Positions 1 to 10,268 of a stretch of 64,000 nucleotides of DNA are shown here, piece after piece. Origin of the DNA: Candidatus Bathyarchaeum tardum (lineage in GTDB: Archaea > Thermoproteota > Bathyarchaeia > Bathyarchaeales > Bathyarchaeaceae); NCBI GenBank assembly GCA_024650005.2, contig CP122380.1, forward strand, positions 192,001 to 256,000. Direction: 5' to 3'. The position numbers and the translations under genes are program-made. The notes below the pieces were generated by a model. That model made no database searches and had not been told where the DNA came from. It saw only the letters and a program-made list of their open reading frames with translations. The number at the start of each line of letters is the position of its first letter. The first letter of the stretch is position 1.

Positions 1-353
1 TTGATATCTCCAAAATCTACGAACGTATCCGTGAAGCAGGACATTGTGACCCATCCTTACACAAAACCATTGAAAAAATGGGGATAGAAACTCTGGAAAT
101 GGTCGGAACAAGCATAGAAGCCCTAAGAAATCACGATGCAGAACTTGCAAAAACCTTGACTAAACGGGAAAAATGTGTTGACAAACTCTATTACAGCTAT
201 CTTGACAAACTGATTGAGACAAAAACCACGACCGGCTGTACTATCTCAAGTTTGCTTGTTGTTCGGTACCTTGAAAGAATAGCTGACCATGCGACCTACA
301 TTGGTGAGTCGATTGTCTATCTTGCAACTGGAGAAAAAACTAGATTAAGATAA
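1..353 (+). CDS. phoU: Phosphate uptake regulator PhoU, C-terminal part (5' end outside window)
   Basis: VVRYLERIADHATYIGESIVYLATG is the PhoU repeat signature; followed by DUF47 gene. Confidence 0.85.
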   Translation, partial: DISKIYERIREAGHCDPSLHKTIEKMGIETLEMVGTSIEALRNHDAELAKTLTKREKCVDKLYYSYLDKLIETKTTTGCTISSLLVVRYLERIADHATYIGESIVYLATGEKTRLR

Positions 354-380
354 AATAAAAATTGGAAAGGAGGGAAAAAA

Positions 381-1049
381 ATGGCTAAGAAAAGTTATGC
401 TTGGTTTGAAAGAAGCCGCAGAACAAAACTGTTAGATTTAGCTCAAGAACAGATAACTAAAGCTCTTGATACTGCGAATTTGCTTCATGATGCGATGGAG
501 AAAATTTCTAAAGCAAAAGTAGCTGAAGCTCGAAAACCGATTGAAAAACTGTTTACGGTAGAAGAAGAAATTGACCACCTTCGAACTGAAGTTTTCAAGG
601 AACTGTCCAAAGGAGCAGCAATGTTTGCTGACTACAGAGAAGACATACTTCATCTTGTAAAACGCCTTGACACGTTTGCTGACCACGTTAAAGATGCTGC
701 ACGTTGCATAGTGATGCTTGGAGACTACCCGATTCCTGCTGAATTGTGGAATAAAGTTCTTTACATAACTGCAACTATTGTAGATTGTGCAACTGCCCTT
801 CGTACGAGTATTGAAAACATATCTCCAAACCCAACTGAAGCTGTCAAAGGCGCAAATAAAGTTGAAGAGATTGAAGCTGGAATTGACAGAGAATATCTTG
901 CAACCAAATCGTTATTCATTAAATACGGTGACGATGTTAACAGCGGTGCGTTGATAATCTTTGACGACCTGATTGAGTTCCTTGAAGAAGCAGCTGACAT
1001 GTGTGCGGATACCGCAGATTACATAGTTACCCTAGCAAGTTCAGATTAA
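381..1049 (+). CDS. DUF47 family phosphate-transport regulator (PhoU-like)
   Basis: EEEIDHLR...REDILHLVKRLDTFADH...E.AADMCAD pattern; GGAGG SD upstream. Confidence 0.85.
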   Translation: MAKKSYAWFERSRRTKLLDLAQEQITKALDTANLLHDAMEKISKAKVAEARKPIEKLFTVEEEIDHLRTEVFKELSKGAAMFADYREDILHLVKRLDTFADHVKDAARCIVMLGDYPIPAELWNKVLYITATIVDCATALRTSIENISPNPTEAVKGANKVEEIEAGIDREYLATKSLFIKYGDDVNSGALIIFDDLIEFLEEAADMCADTADYIVTLASSD

Positions 1050-1057
1050 ACTGAACT

Positions 1058-1100
1058 CAAGGGAACCAAATCCCTTTTTTATTCTTTATTTTGATTTTCT
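1058..1100 (+). terminator. Hairpin plus T-tract terminator
   Basis: AAGGGA-accaaa-TCCCTT followed by T-runs directly after stop. Confidence 0.5.
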
Positions 1101-1323
1101 CAAGGTGTATATGTCTCAATATATTATTTAGGGTTCTATATAGTATTTGGATAACGTGAATATGCTGTCTTGCCATTCTATAAGTTGTGGTTAAAGTGGT
1201 AAAAGTAAAAAACAAGAAAACAAAAAAATTTAACCCAAAACCGAGTGAACCTTGGTACTTTCCTCATGTCTGAAAACAAGTGGGATTAAATTTAATGTTA
1301 ACTTGACTTTTGGGGTGAATTTG

Positions 1324-1413
1324 ATGAGTTTTGAAGATGTGGAACTTCTAAAAAACAGCTTTACGTTGTATGCTGTTCCAGTAAAGCCTTTTGTTGCATC
1401 AAAAACTCTTTAG
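1324..1413 (+). CDS. Possible 29-aa small ORF (MSFEDVELLKNSFTLYAVPVKPFVASKTL)
   Basis: GGGGTGA SD at 1312-1318 and TTTAAT upstream; no recognisable motif. Confidence 0.3.
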   Translation: MSFEDVELLKNSFTLYAVPVKPFVASKTL

Positions 1414-1606
1414 TAGTTCAAAAAAGAAACACAACCTACGCGCGTGTAGTTGTAAATGTTCCTTATGGTGCAAAATATCATTTCAAAATGTTGTTATTAT
1501 CGGTGTTTTCAAAACTGAAGAATATACATAGATGAATTTCTAGAAACAATATATATAAATAAATTCTTAACTCAAATGTGGTATACTTTATCCTGTGGGC
1601 TGTTAA

Positions 1607-2071
1607 TTGTCTGAAACAACTTTGCGTGTATCCAAAATCAAGGACGGTACCGTGATAGATCACATCACTGCCGGTCATGCTTTGGAGGTTCTAAAAATTT
1701 TGGGAATCACGGACCCTGTCAAAAGTGTTGTAACTGTTGGCATTAATGTTCCTAGCAAAACCTTTGGTTTGAAAGACATGGTGAAAATTGAAGGCAGAGA
1801 ACTCAAAGCCCACGAAGTCGACAAAATCGCTTTGTTGGCTCCCCATGCAAGCATCAACATTATCAGAAACTACAAAGTTGTAGACAAACAACTAGTAAAA
1901 CTGCCCAATATAATACGGGAAACCGTCAAATGCACAAACCCTGCATGCATTTCAAATAGTAACGAACCCGTCAAATCAACGTTTTATGTGGACAACGAAG
2001 AACCTTTGTGCCTAAGATGCCATTACTGCGGTTACATAATGGAACGCCAAGACATCCCTAAACAGTTCTAA
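1607..2071 (+). CDS. pyrI: Aspartate carbamoyltransferase regulatory chain
   Basis: IKDGTVIDHI, C.NP.CIS and LRCHYC Zn motifs; TTG start. Confidence 0.97.
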   Translation: MSETTLRVSKIKDGTVIDHITAGHALEVLKILGITDPVKSVVTVGINVPSKTFGLKDMVKIEGRELKAHEVDKIALLAPHASINIIRNYKVVDKQLVKLPNIIRETVKCTNPACISNSNEPVKSTFYVDNEEPLCLRCHYCGYIMERQDIPKQF

Positions 2072-2162
2072 AACCTATTTGATGTCGTTAAACATCTGGT
2101 TTTAGTTGATTTTCGATTCATAACTGTTATGAACCAAAATATGGTGTCTCTATTGTGGTTCA

Positions 2163-2633
2163 ATGACGATTTCTACAAAAGAAGAGTTGCAGTTTCTGCT
2201 TCATCGGGCATTAGAAATCGAAAAAGATTTTGAATCAATTTCTGTTTGGAAATGCTTTGTTTGTATAGGTTCAAAGTATCGACCTACTGTTCTTACGTTG
2301 GCGCGAGACTCTCATAATCATAGGCTTGATTTGGAAAAATTGTTGAAAACCCTTAACTTGGATCCCCCTACTGATGAGATTCCTGAAGGATCCTTCAATT
2401 TTGAAGGCATGCTGGACAATGAAATCCTTCAAAAAATTGTTGAAAACGACCAGATAGTTGCTGACTTGTATGCTGAAGTGGCGAAAAAAACTGATCCTAA
2501 GCTTGTGGCGGCGTTGTTGGGTGATGAAAATGTATCCATTTTCTATGATTTGCTGAAGTGCCTGGTTGAGGATGAAAATAGGCACGTTAACATGGTAAAG
2601 TCTGTCACTGGCGATATTGTTCGTGTTCAATGA
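2163..2633 (+). CDS. Ferritin-like/rubrerythrin-like four-helix protein
   Basis: ALEIE...DS.NH and LY...EDENRH di-iron type motifs. Confidence 0.65.
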   Translation: MTISTKEELQFLLHRALEIEKDFESISVWKCFVCIGSKYRPTVLTLARDSHNHRLDLEKLLKTLNLDPPTDEIPEGSFNFEGMLDNEILQKIVENDQIVADLYAEVAKKTDPKLVAALLGDENVSIFYDLLKCLVEDENRHVNMVKSVTGDIVRVQ

Positions 2634-2659
2634 GTTTTGTTGATTATATCAACGTTTTT

Positions 2660-2713
2660 ATTACTAAACAGTAATGTTTATATCTTTTATAATGGTTGTT
2701 ACTTGTAGGTAAT
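2660..2713 (+). promoter_or_regulatory. TATA box flanked by two TTAC-N6-GTAA inverted repeats (candidate operator of wHTH-hsp20 operon)
   Basis: TTAC-TAAACA-GTAA 2661-2674, TTTATA 2677-2682, TTAC-TTGTAG-GTAA 2699-2712. Confidence 0.5.
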
Positions 2714-2728
2714 ATAGGACGAGGTTGT

Positions 2729-3139
2729 ATGACATTAAAACTCCAGCTAGTGCGTGACGGAAAAATAGTTCTAGAAGTTCCCTTATCGCTGATGGACTGG
2801 CCAAAAGAACAACTTGAAACAGAATTCGAAGCTTTCGAAGATGATTTTGAGCGCTTCTCCAGTATGTTTGATGCCTTATCCAATCAAACTCGCCTACGGA
2901 TGATGCGCCGATTAGTTCAAGACGAAAACATTACCATGAATTTTGCTGGTTTCATGAAAGATCTGGATTTGAATCCAAAAACTGTCTGGGAAAACTCAAG
3001 AAAATTAAGTGACGGCGGATTTTTAACAAAAACCGGACGAGGAACATATAGCTGCTCTGAATTTGGACAAACAACTTTTCTTACTTTAAGCCTCGCCTTA
3101 CGTCGCCTGTTAGAATCGTTAAATGAAGAAAATGTTTAG
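2729..3139 (+). CDS. ArsR-like winged-helix regulator upstream of hsp20
   Basis: FDALSNQTRLRMM ArsR-type helix and HTH; ATG 2729 follows GAGG SD (ORF track starts 2696). Confidence 0.75.
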   Translation: MTLKLQLVRDGKIVLEVPLSLMDWPKEQLETEFEAFEDDFERFSSMFDALSNQTRLRMMRRLVQDENITMNFAGFMKDLDLNPKTVWENSRKLSDGGFLTKTGRGTYSCSEFGQTTFLTLSLALRRLLESLNEENV

Positions 3140-3153
3140 GAGGTGAAAGACAC

Positions 3154-3753
3154 TTGACAGAAGATAATCGATGGTCAAAATGGTTTAACCAAAAGATGCC
3201 TTTCTTTGAAGAGGACTTTTTGGGCATAAACGAAACCTTCAAACAAATGGAAGAAGCAATCGCAAAAGAATTTGAAGAATTATCCAAACGTGCACCCACT
3301 GATTTACAACACGAAGAAACCCTGCCTGACGGAACCAAAGTACAAAGTTATGGTCCCTTCGTCTACGGATACAGCGTAACAGTAGGTCCCGACGGAAAAC
3401 CCAACGTGAAAGAGTTTGGAAACTTCAAAGCAGGAACCCAACTAGGAAAACCTCACATGGACATCAAAGAAAAACGTGAACCTTTAACTGATATCATAGA
3501 TGCTAACGAAAACGTTCGGATCATAATTGAACTGCCTGGTGTCGAAAAAGACGACATCAAACTAGCCGGAACCGACAACAAACTAACAATTTCAGTTGAC
3601 ACTGCCAAACACAAATACTACAAAGAAATCGAAATGCCCTCCAAAATCGACGCCAAAAAAGCCAAATCAAACTACAAAAACGGCGTATTAGACATAACAG
3701 TTCCCAAAAAGAAACCAGAAAAGACCAAAAGCCAACCTATAAAGATAGACTAA
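3154..3753 (+). CDS. hsp20: Archaeal small heat shock protein Hsp20
   Basis: GPFVYGYSVTVGPDGKP.V.EFGN archaeal Hsp20 motif, ELPGV.K.DI, YKNGVLDI; GGAGGTGA SD, TTG start. Confidence 0.95.
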   Translation: MTEDNRWSKWFNQKMPFFEEDFLGINETFKQMEEAIAKEFEELSKRAPTDLQHEETLPDGTKVQSYGPFVYGYSVTVGPDGKPNVKEFGNFKAGTQLGKPHMDIKEKREPLTDIIDANENVRIIIELPGVEKDDIKLAGTDNKLTISVDTAKHKYYKEIEMPSKIDAKKAKSNYKNGVLDITVPKKKPEKTKSQPIKID

Positions 3754-3963
3754 ACTATCCTCTTTTTTTATTTCCATTTTTCCTTTTTTAGCATGTCTAG
3801 GATATTATTATAATATCAATTCAATTTTTGCACACCAAAAACGTATCTACCTGTTGAAAATGCCATAAATCAAGAAAAACAGTTATTCAAAAGTAGATAC
3901 CTTTAAATCATGACGTCAAAACCTATAAACGATACAAAAGTAAAGTTTACGAGAGGATTAGTA

Positions 3964-4191
3964 ATGAGCGAAATGGCCACAAAAATCCTGGAAGAAAGCC
4001 TCGGCAAAATAGTTCTAGTACGTCTACGAGGCGGAAAGAAACTAAGAGGCAGACTCAAAGGCTTCGATCAGCACCTCAATTTGGTGTTAGATGAAACAGA
4101 CGACACAACAGATGTAGAAAACGTGAAAAAACTCGGCGCCATAATTGTCCGTGGCGACAATGTGGTAATAATCTCTCCTCCCCCAAGGTGA
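3964..4191 (+). CDS. Sm-like (LSm) RNA-binding protein
   Basis: GRLKGFDQHLNLVL (Sm1), IIVRGDNV (Sm2); conserved link to rpl37e. Confidence 0.95.
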   Translation: MSEMATKILEESLGKIVLVRLRGGKKLRGRLKGFDQHLNLVLDETDDTTDVENVKKLGAIIVRGDNVVIISPPPR

Positions 4192-4197
4192 TAACAA

Positions 4198-4413
4198 ATG
4201 GGAAAAACCGGTAAAGGAACATCATCCATGGGTCGACGTGCCCATAAAACCGTGCACATCAAATGCAGACGATGCGGCAGAAGAGCATATGGAGTAAAAA
4301 CCAAATGCTGTGCAGCATGTGGATACGGAAGAACCACCAAAATACGCAGATATGCATGGCAGACAAAGACCGTCAACGGCGCACGGCTTGTCAAAATTAG
4401 GCAGTCTGCCTAA
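4198..4413 (+). CDS. rpl37e: 50S ribosomal protein L37e
   Basis: KGTSSMG, HIKCRRCGRRAY, CAACGYG. Confidence 0.97.
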   Translation: MGKTGKGTSSMGRRAHKTVHIKCRRCGRRAYGVKTKCCAACGYGRTTKIRRYAWQTKTVNGARLVKIRQSA

Positions 4414-4644
4414 TATCAACCTTTTTGTCTATGCACTTTAGATAACACTTTTTAGTTTATTTTTTTCACACTTCTGTGCGACATATATGTATACTACTAA
4501 CAGACCTATTTTGAAAACTACCTTTTTTGTGAATTTTTTTCTCACAGCACAACTGTTGTGCCAAAAGTTTACACGAAAATTATACTATTAAAAAATGAAA
4601 AAAAGAAAAAGATAGGTGAAGAAGTTTTCACTTCTTCGTGTTGT

Positions 4645-6555
4645 TTAACCTTCTGCGACTGCTTGTTTTGCGGCTTCTACTGAAGATTTGTCTTCGATTG
4701 TAGATAGGTCGCCGACTTCTTTTCCTGCTACGATTGCTTTGAGAACTCGTCGCATGATTTTACCGCTTCGAGTCTTGGGCAATTTAGTTACGAAGTAGGT
4801 CTTTTCAGGAGTAGCGAGAGGTCCTACTGTTTTGCGGACGTGAGCTTTGATTTCTTTTTCTAGCTCTGGGCTTCCGGTGAGTCCTTCTGATAGGACAGCA
4901 AAGACAATGATTGATTCGCCTTTGATTTCGTGGGGTTTGCTTGCGACTGCGGCTTCTGTTACTGATGGGTGTTCAACAATTGCGCTTTCGATTTCGGCAG
5001 TTCCAAGTCTGTGACCTGCGACTTTGAGGACTTCATCTGATCGGCCAAGGAGCCAGAGATATCCGTCTTCATCTTTCATACAGTAGTCGCCAGGGAAGTA
5101 ACAACCTGGGAATCGTGACCAGTAGGTAGATTTGAAGCGTTCTGGGTCTTTGTATACTGTCATGGTCATTCCTGGCCATGGTTTCCTGATTACGATGTAG
5201 CCTCTTACGTTTGGTTTTACTGAGTTTCCATCTTCATCTACTACGTCAGCCTCGATTCCTGGAAGAGCGTATGATGCAGATCCTGGTTTCATTGGAATCT
5301 CTCCAATTCCTGGAGCTCCTGAGACCATGAATCCACCGGTTTCAGTTTGCCACCAAGTGTCAACGATTGGGCATCGTCCGCCGCCTATGTTATTGAAGTA
5401 CCAAATCCATGCTTCTGGGTTGATAGGTTCACCGACACTTCCAAGGAGCTCTAGGCTACTTAAGTCGTGGTTTTTTACAAACTTTATGTCCATTCCCATG
5501 AACATACGAATGGCAGTTGGGGACGTGTAAAGGACATTGACCTTGTAGTCTTCAATGATTTCCCACCAGCGGTCTGCAGTTGGGAAGTCGGGGGCTCCTT
5601 CATACATGACGATGGATGCGCCGTTCATCAAAGGTGCATACACAATGAAGCTGTGACCAGTAATCCATCCGATGTCTGCGTTGCACCAGTAGACACTGTC
5701 TTCACGTAGGGGGAAGACTTTGTTGAATACAGAGTTAATGTAAACCATGTATCCACCAGTGCTGTGGACGATACCTTTTGGTTTACCCGTGGTTCCAGAG
5801 GTGTACAAAATGAACATTGGGTGAGTGCTTTCAACTGGAACTGGTGCGATGACTTCTTGTGTTTTCACAACTTTGTCGTGATACCACATGTCACGTCCTT
5901 CTTGCATGTTGATGTCATGACCAGTTCGTTTTACAACAAGAACTTGTTCAACTGATGGAGCCAGTTTACATGCTTCGTCAACAATGCCTTTTAGTTCAAT
6001 AATTTTACCCCGTCGATAACAGCCGTCTGAAGTAATTACTAATTTAGCTTCAGTGTCGTTAATCCTGTCTGCAAGAGCCTGTGAGCTGAATCCAGAGAAG
6101 ACGATGGTATGAATTGCACCCAGTCTGATACATGCCAGCATCATGATTGGTAGTTCAGTAATCATTGGTAAGTAAAACGCAATACGGTCGCCTTCTTTTA
6201 CACCCATTGCTTTGAGTGCCGCTGTGGCTTTGTTAACTTCTCGTTGGAGCTGGAGATAAGTCAGGGTCTTTTCTTCGCCTAATTCTCCGATCCAATAAAT
6301 GGCTGCTTTATTTTTTCTGTCAGTTTTTACATGCCTGTCTACACACAAGTATGAGGCATTTAGTTTACCCCCTGAGAACCATTTTGCAAAAGGAAGGTTC
6401 CATTCGAGCACTTGATCCCAAGTCTTGAACCAGTCAATTTTTCTTGCTTCTTGTTCCCAGTATTCTTCAATATTTTCCAACGATTTTTTGTGTACGTCTA
6501 AATACCTTTTCATTGGCCAATATTTTTTCGATTCAGCTGGTGTTTCTGTTGTCAT
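4645..6555 (-). CDS. acs: AMP-forming acetyl-CoA synthetase
   Basis: [34 protein letters not shown]. Confidence 0.97.
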   Translation of the reverse strand: MTTETPAESKKYWPMKRYLDVHKKSLENIEEYWEQEARKIDWFKTWDQVLEWNLPFAKWFSGGKLNASYLCVDRHVKTDRKNKAAIYWIGELGEEKTLTYLQLQREVNKATAALKAMGVKEGDRIAFYLPMITELPIMMLACIRLGAIHTIVFSGFSSQALADRINDTEAKLVITSDGCYRRGKIIELKGIVDEACKLAPSVEQVLVVKRTGHDINMQEGRDMWYHDKVVKTQEVIAPVPVESTHPMFILYTSGTTGKPKGIVHSTGGYMVYINSVFNKVFPLREDSVYWCNADIGWITGHSFIVYAPLMNGASIVMYEGAPDFPTADRWWEIIEDYKVNVLYTSPTAIRMFMGMDIKFVKNHDLSSLELLGSVGEPINPEAWIWYFNNIGGGRCPIVDTWWQTETGGFMVSGAPGIGEIPMKPGSASYALPGIEADVVDEDGNSVKPNVRGYIVIRKPWPGMTMTVYKDPERFKSTYWSRFPGCYFPGDYCMKDEDGYLWLLGRSDEVLKVAGHRLGTAEIESAIVEHPSVTEAAVASKPHEIKGESIIVFAVLSEGLTGSPELEKEIKAHVRKTVGPLATPEKTYFVTKLPKTRSGKIMRRVLKAIVAGKEVGDLSTIEDKSSVEAAKQAVAEG

Positions 6556-6684
6556 ACCATCACCTGTTCAAATATGTTCGAGCGAAAACAAATTATTCCG
6601 GCAATATATCTTTTACGGAGTTAAACAGGAAAAAAAACATTTGATATGTTCACATTCAAAATTTGTTATTTTTTCTTAAAATAG

Positions 6685-6785
6685 TGGCGGACCCGCAGGG
6701 ATTTGAACCCTGGGTCTTCGGCTCCGAAGGCTTGCGCGTCACTTTTGGGTGACTCGACGCCTTATCCAAACTAGGCTACGGGCCC
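6685..6785 (-). tRNA. tRNA-Arg(TCG) with 23-nt non-canonical intron at 29/30 (6732-6754)
   Basis: Minus strand: acceptor GGGCCCG/CGGGTCC+GCCA, D-stem GCCT/AGGC, anticodon stem TCG|GC with GCCGA restored by removing AGTCACCCAAAAGTGACGCGCAA, T-loop GTTCAAAT. Confidence 0.92.
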
Positions 6786-7028
6786 ACGTTATTCAAAGAT
6801 GCTATTTAAAGATTAAAGGATAACGGATTTATCTTCTTTAAAGTTTGAGGGCACTAATTTTAGTTCAATTTTTATGTATTTTTCTCTTGAAAAAAGTATA
6901 TATATTGATATATGCCTCCGACATTAGGTGTTGCGAGGAGTGTAATGTATACTTGAACGTCATTCTTTTCAAAACTGATTGTTCTTGTATTAACAGATTC
7001 CTTGTTGGACAAACTTGTGTGATGTAAA

Positions 7029-8483
7029 ATGTCTGTTGTAAAACCTGTAACTTGTCCCATATGCGGCTGTGTATGTGATGATTTGGAAATAACCGTTGAA
7101 GACGGAAAAATAAAGAAAGTAAAAAACGGTTGTGTCCTGTCCATTTCTAAGTTCATGAATTATAACTGTGCACACCGCCTTATGGAACCTATGATTCGAA
7201 AAAATGGGGAACTTGTGCCTGTTTCCCTTGAAGAAGCTGTAGACAAAGCCGCTGAAATTTTGGTAAACGCCAAATATCCAATTTTACACGGTTTTTCTTC
7301 AACAACCTCTGAAGCTATCGTTACCGGAGTAAAACTAACCGAAGAAGTCGGGGGAGTATACGACAACTGTGCAGTAAACTGCCACGGTCCATCCCTGCAG
7401 GGTGTTCAGCACGCTGGTGTTCCTGGTTCTACTTTGGGTCAGGTTAGACACCGTGCAGATTTGATTATTTATTGGGGTGCTAACCCAATGGTTGCCCACC
7501 CAAGACAGTTGTCCAGATACACTGTTGGAACCGAAGGCAAATACGCAAAAAGTGACATTCGCGAACGCTACAACAAGAAAGCAATGAATGAAGAGCAACA
7601 AAAAAGCATGAACGAAGTTTTTGACGACGAATGGGTAATGCAACATTATTCTACTAAATCTGCTGCCATGAATGGCGCTATAGTTGACCCCTTGAAAGTT
7701 AAACGAAAAGTAATTGTTGTAGACGTCAAGAAAACTCCGACAGCTCAAATGGCTGACCAATTCATCAAGATAAAGCCCAACACAGACTTTGAATTATTCC
7801 AAGCCATTCGAGTAATCCTCAAAGGCGGCGACTTAGATGTTGACGAAGTCGCCGGAATTCCCGTTGAGACCCTTGAAGAACTTGTTGATGCTATGATTAG
7901 TTGCAGGTTTGGGGTTCTTTTCTGGGGTCTTGGATTAACAATGAGCCTAGGCAAATACCGAAACACCGAAGCAGCAATCCGGCTAGTACGGGACCTTAAC
8001 CAACGAACCAAATTTGTAATGATGCCAGTTCGCGGCCACTATAACGTTGCAGGCTCAAACGTAGTCGCATGCTGGCTCACTGGTTATCCTCACTCTGTTG
8101 ACATGTCCCTTGGTTATCCACGATACAATCCGGGAGAAACTTCAATAACTGACATTTTAGCCCGGGGAGAAAACGACGCTTCAGTTATCCTTGGTGCTGA
8201 CCCTGTTTCAAATTACCCCAAAAAACTCTGTGAAGCCTTTGTAAACAATCCTTTGATTGTTTTGGACCCTCACAAAAACATTTCAGCTTTAATGGCAGAC
8301 GTAGCAATCCCTGTAGCATTCAGTGGAATCGAAGCCTCAGGCACCGCTTACCGAATGGACAACGTTCCCATTACCCTCAAAAAAGTTGTTGACCCCCCAG
8401 AAGGCATTCTCACCGACAACGAAATCCTAACAATGATTCTCGCCAAAGTCAAAGAACTCAAAGCCAAAAAAGCAAACGCTTAA
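7029..8483 (+). CDS. fwdB: Formylmethanofuran dehydrogenase subunit B (W/Mo)
   Basis: CPICGCVCDDL N-terminal FeS motif, CHGPS Cys ligand, RADLIIYWGANP..AHPR, GHYNV.G, RYNPGET, GTAYRMDNVP. Confidence 0.93.
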   Translation: MSVVKPVTCPICGCVCDDLEITVEDGKIKKVKNGCVLSISKFMNYNCAHRLMEPMIRKNGELVPVSLEEAVDKAAEILVNAKYPILHGFSSTTSEAIVTGVKLTEEVGGVYDNCAVNCHGPSLQGVQHAGVPGSTLGQVRHRADLIIYWGANPMVAHPRQLSRYTVGTEGKYAKSDIRERYNKKAMNEEQQKSMNEVFDDEWVMQHYSTKSAAMNGAIVDPLKVKRKVIVVDVKKTPTAQMADQFIKIKPNTDFELFQAIRVILKGGDLDVDEVAGIPVETLEELVDAMISCRFGVLFWGLGLTMSLGKYRNTEAAIRLVRDLNQRTKFVMMPVRGHYNVAGSNVVACWLTGYPHSVDMSLGYPRYNPGETSITDILARGENDASVILGADPVSNYPKKLCEAFVNNPLIVLDPHKNISALMADVAIPVAFSGIEASGTAYRMDNVPITLKKVVDPPEGILTDNEILTMILAKVKELKAKKANA

Positions 8484-8492
8484 CCTTTTTAT

Positions 8493-8530
8493 TTGCCGTT
8501 CTTTTTTGCGGCAACATTTGTTTTTATTTC
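8493..8530 (+). terminator. Hairpin/T-tract after fwdB
   Basis: TTGCCG-N10-CGGCAA flanked by T-runs. Confidence 0.45.
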
Positions 8531-8541
8531 TAGCATAGTTA

Positions 8542-9102
8542 ATGTTAAGAGAAAGAAACAACTACTTTTTGTTGATTCACTCTGCATTATTTAATGGGGC
8601 TTGCATTTTGAAACGAACATTAGAATTTTGGCTATCTTTTGTTATCTTGATTTTTGTTGTCGTCTTTTCAGTTGTAGCATATGTCAGTTGGTTTGAGTTG
8701 CTTTTTTTTGTTGGTTCCCTGTTTTTTGTTCACTGGATCGGTTTAGGTGCAACAATTTTCATTGCAGTTTTTGTTCCAATTTATTATGTGCTTAAACGCA
8801 ACAAACCCCGAAAAATAAAAACCCTGCTAAGGATTCACGTTTTTGGAAACCTTTTGGGGTTTTTGCTGGTTTCAGTTCATTTTTCCCAAAACGTCGGTCG
8901 GTTAGCTGGTTTTTATCCCCGGTTAAGTGACGGGTTCGTATTGTTTTTGGTTATGGCTGTAATTGTAGCAACAGGAATGATAGAAAGGTTCGATGGCAAA
9001 CCAAAACTAGCAAAATACACAAAACCGATCCACCGATACACTGTTGCAGTTTTTTATTTGGTTGTCATTGTTCATACTTTGCAAGGTTTTAACCTAATCT
9101 AA
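8542..9102 (+). CDS. Integral membrane protein, ferric-reductase/cytochrome b-like (start possibly TTG ~8608)
   Basis: Several hydrophobic helices; two H-x13-H pairs. Confidence 0.6.
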   Translation: MLRERNNYFLLIHSALFNGACILKRTLEFWLSFVILIFVVVFSVVAYVSWFELLFFVGSLFFVHWIGLGATIFIAVFVPIYYVLKRNKPRKIKTLLRIHVFGNLLGFLLVSVHFSQNVGRLAGFYPRLSDGFVLFLVMAVIVATGMIERFDGKPKLAKYTKPIHRYTVAVFYLVVIVHTLQGFNLI

Positions 9103-9201
9103 AACTTTTCAGAATTTCCCCTTGTTGTTTGAGCACTCAATGATGGTTAGGCTGGCAAGGCAATGCTTTAATAAATGTTGTATTTTATCATGTGTGCTTA
9201 T

Positions 9202-9276
9202 GGGCTTGTAGCTCAGTACGGCTGGAGCGTTCGGCTGATAACCGAAAGGTCGAGAGTTCAAATCTCTCCAGGCCCA
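9202..9276 (+). tRNA. tRNA-Ile(GAT)
   Basis: GGGCTTG/CAGGCCC, GCTC/GAGC, TTCGG-CTGATAA-CCGAA, GAGAG-TTCAAAT-CTCTC; CCA not encoded. Confidence 0.97.
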
Positions 9277-9318
9277 CTTTTCAATTCACCTGGTCCACTT
9301 TAAAATTTTTTTTAGTGG

Positions 9319-9606
9319 TTATTTGCGTTTACGGAAGAGCATGATTTCTTCGGGTGTGGTGCAGACGTATTCGAATCCGTTTTCTATTAGTTGTCTTGCT
9401 TCTTCGCTGTTTTTGGTTGCTTTAGATGTGTAGTCGTCTCCTTTGAAGTCGACGAGCTGGGTGTATTTTAGCGTGTTCATGATGTTTTTGTGTCCCAGCA
9501 TGTTCATGACGTGGAGAATGTCCTTTGTTTTATGATACTCCATGGTGGCTTTCCAGTGCCTGAATGTATTGAAGTGTATTTGTTTTAATCGTGGATTTTG
9601 TAGTTT
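9319..9606 (-). pseudogene. Truncated tyrosine integrase/recombinase, C-terminal fragment
   Basis: Extended frame reads KLQNPRLKQIHFNTFRHWKATMEY...LGHKNIMNTLKY; TGA at 9607-9609 upstream; adjacent to tRNA 3' end. Confidence 0.85.
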
Positions 9607-10268
9607 TCAATGGAGACTTGCTTTGTTTAAGCGGGCTTTCTGAATGATTTCGATTATTGTTTTGCATAGAATTTTAATTATATTAGAAGTAGTCCTTCTC
9701 CACAGTAATTTTACGACTACTTCTCAAATGTCTTGAAAAAAGCTCTATTTATTGAATAGGGCATTTTTTGGGAGCTAATGAGTTGTCAGGGTCTAAGACA
9801 AGCTTTCTAGTGACTTAACACTCTTGTAACTTTCCGTTCGCGAAAATCATGATGTTCTAACACTTCAAATTCCCCCAATTCGAAACCTAAACCCATCTCA
9901 AACCGAAGTATATTACCTGCAATCAAAGAGAACACGAAAAAATCGACAGAAACCTAATTCTTCTAACCCTGAAAAGCTTGGAAAATGCAGCAGTCACCTT
10001 TATCGCCCCCACAAGTCAACTAGAAGTAGTAGTAATCACTAGTGAAAAAATGGAGTCATTACAACTTCTAAAATTAATATATCAAATTGTTGATCCTCCA
10101 TCTTTGGAAGACCGTTAATTAGCCTCTGCTTTCAGGATTATTAAGATTATATGCCTCTTTTTGGGCTGCAATATTAAAAAAATCTAAAAGCACTCCCCGA
10201 AAAACTTTAAATATTTTTAATTTTATATGCCATAAAAAGGATAACTGTATTAAAAAACGTGAAAACAT

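Noticed and set aside
7029-8483. Selenocysteine-type FwuB
   Set aside because: Ligand position is Cys (TGC) and the frame has no internal TGA
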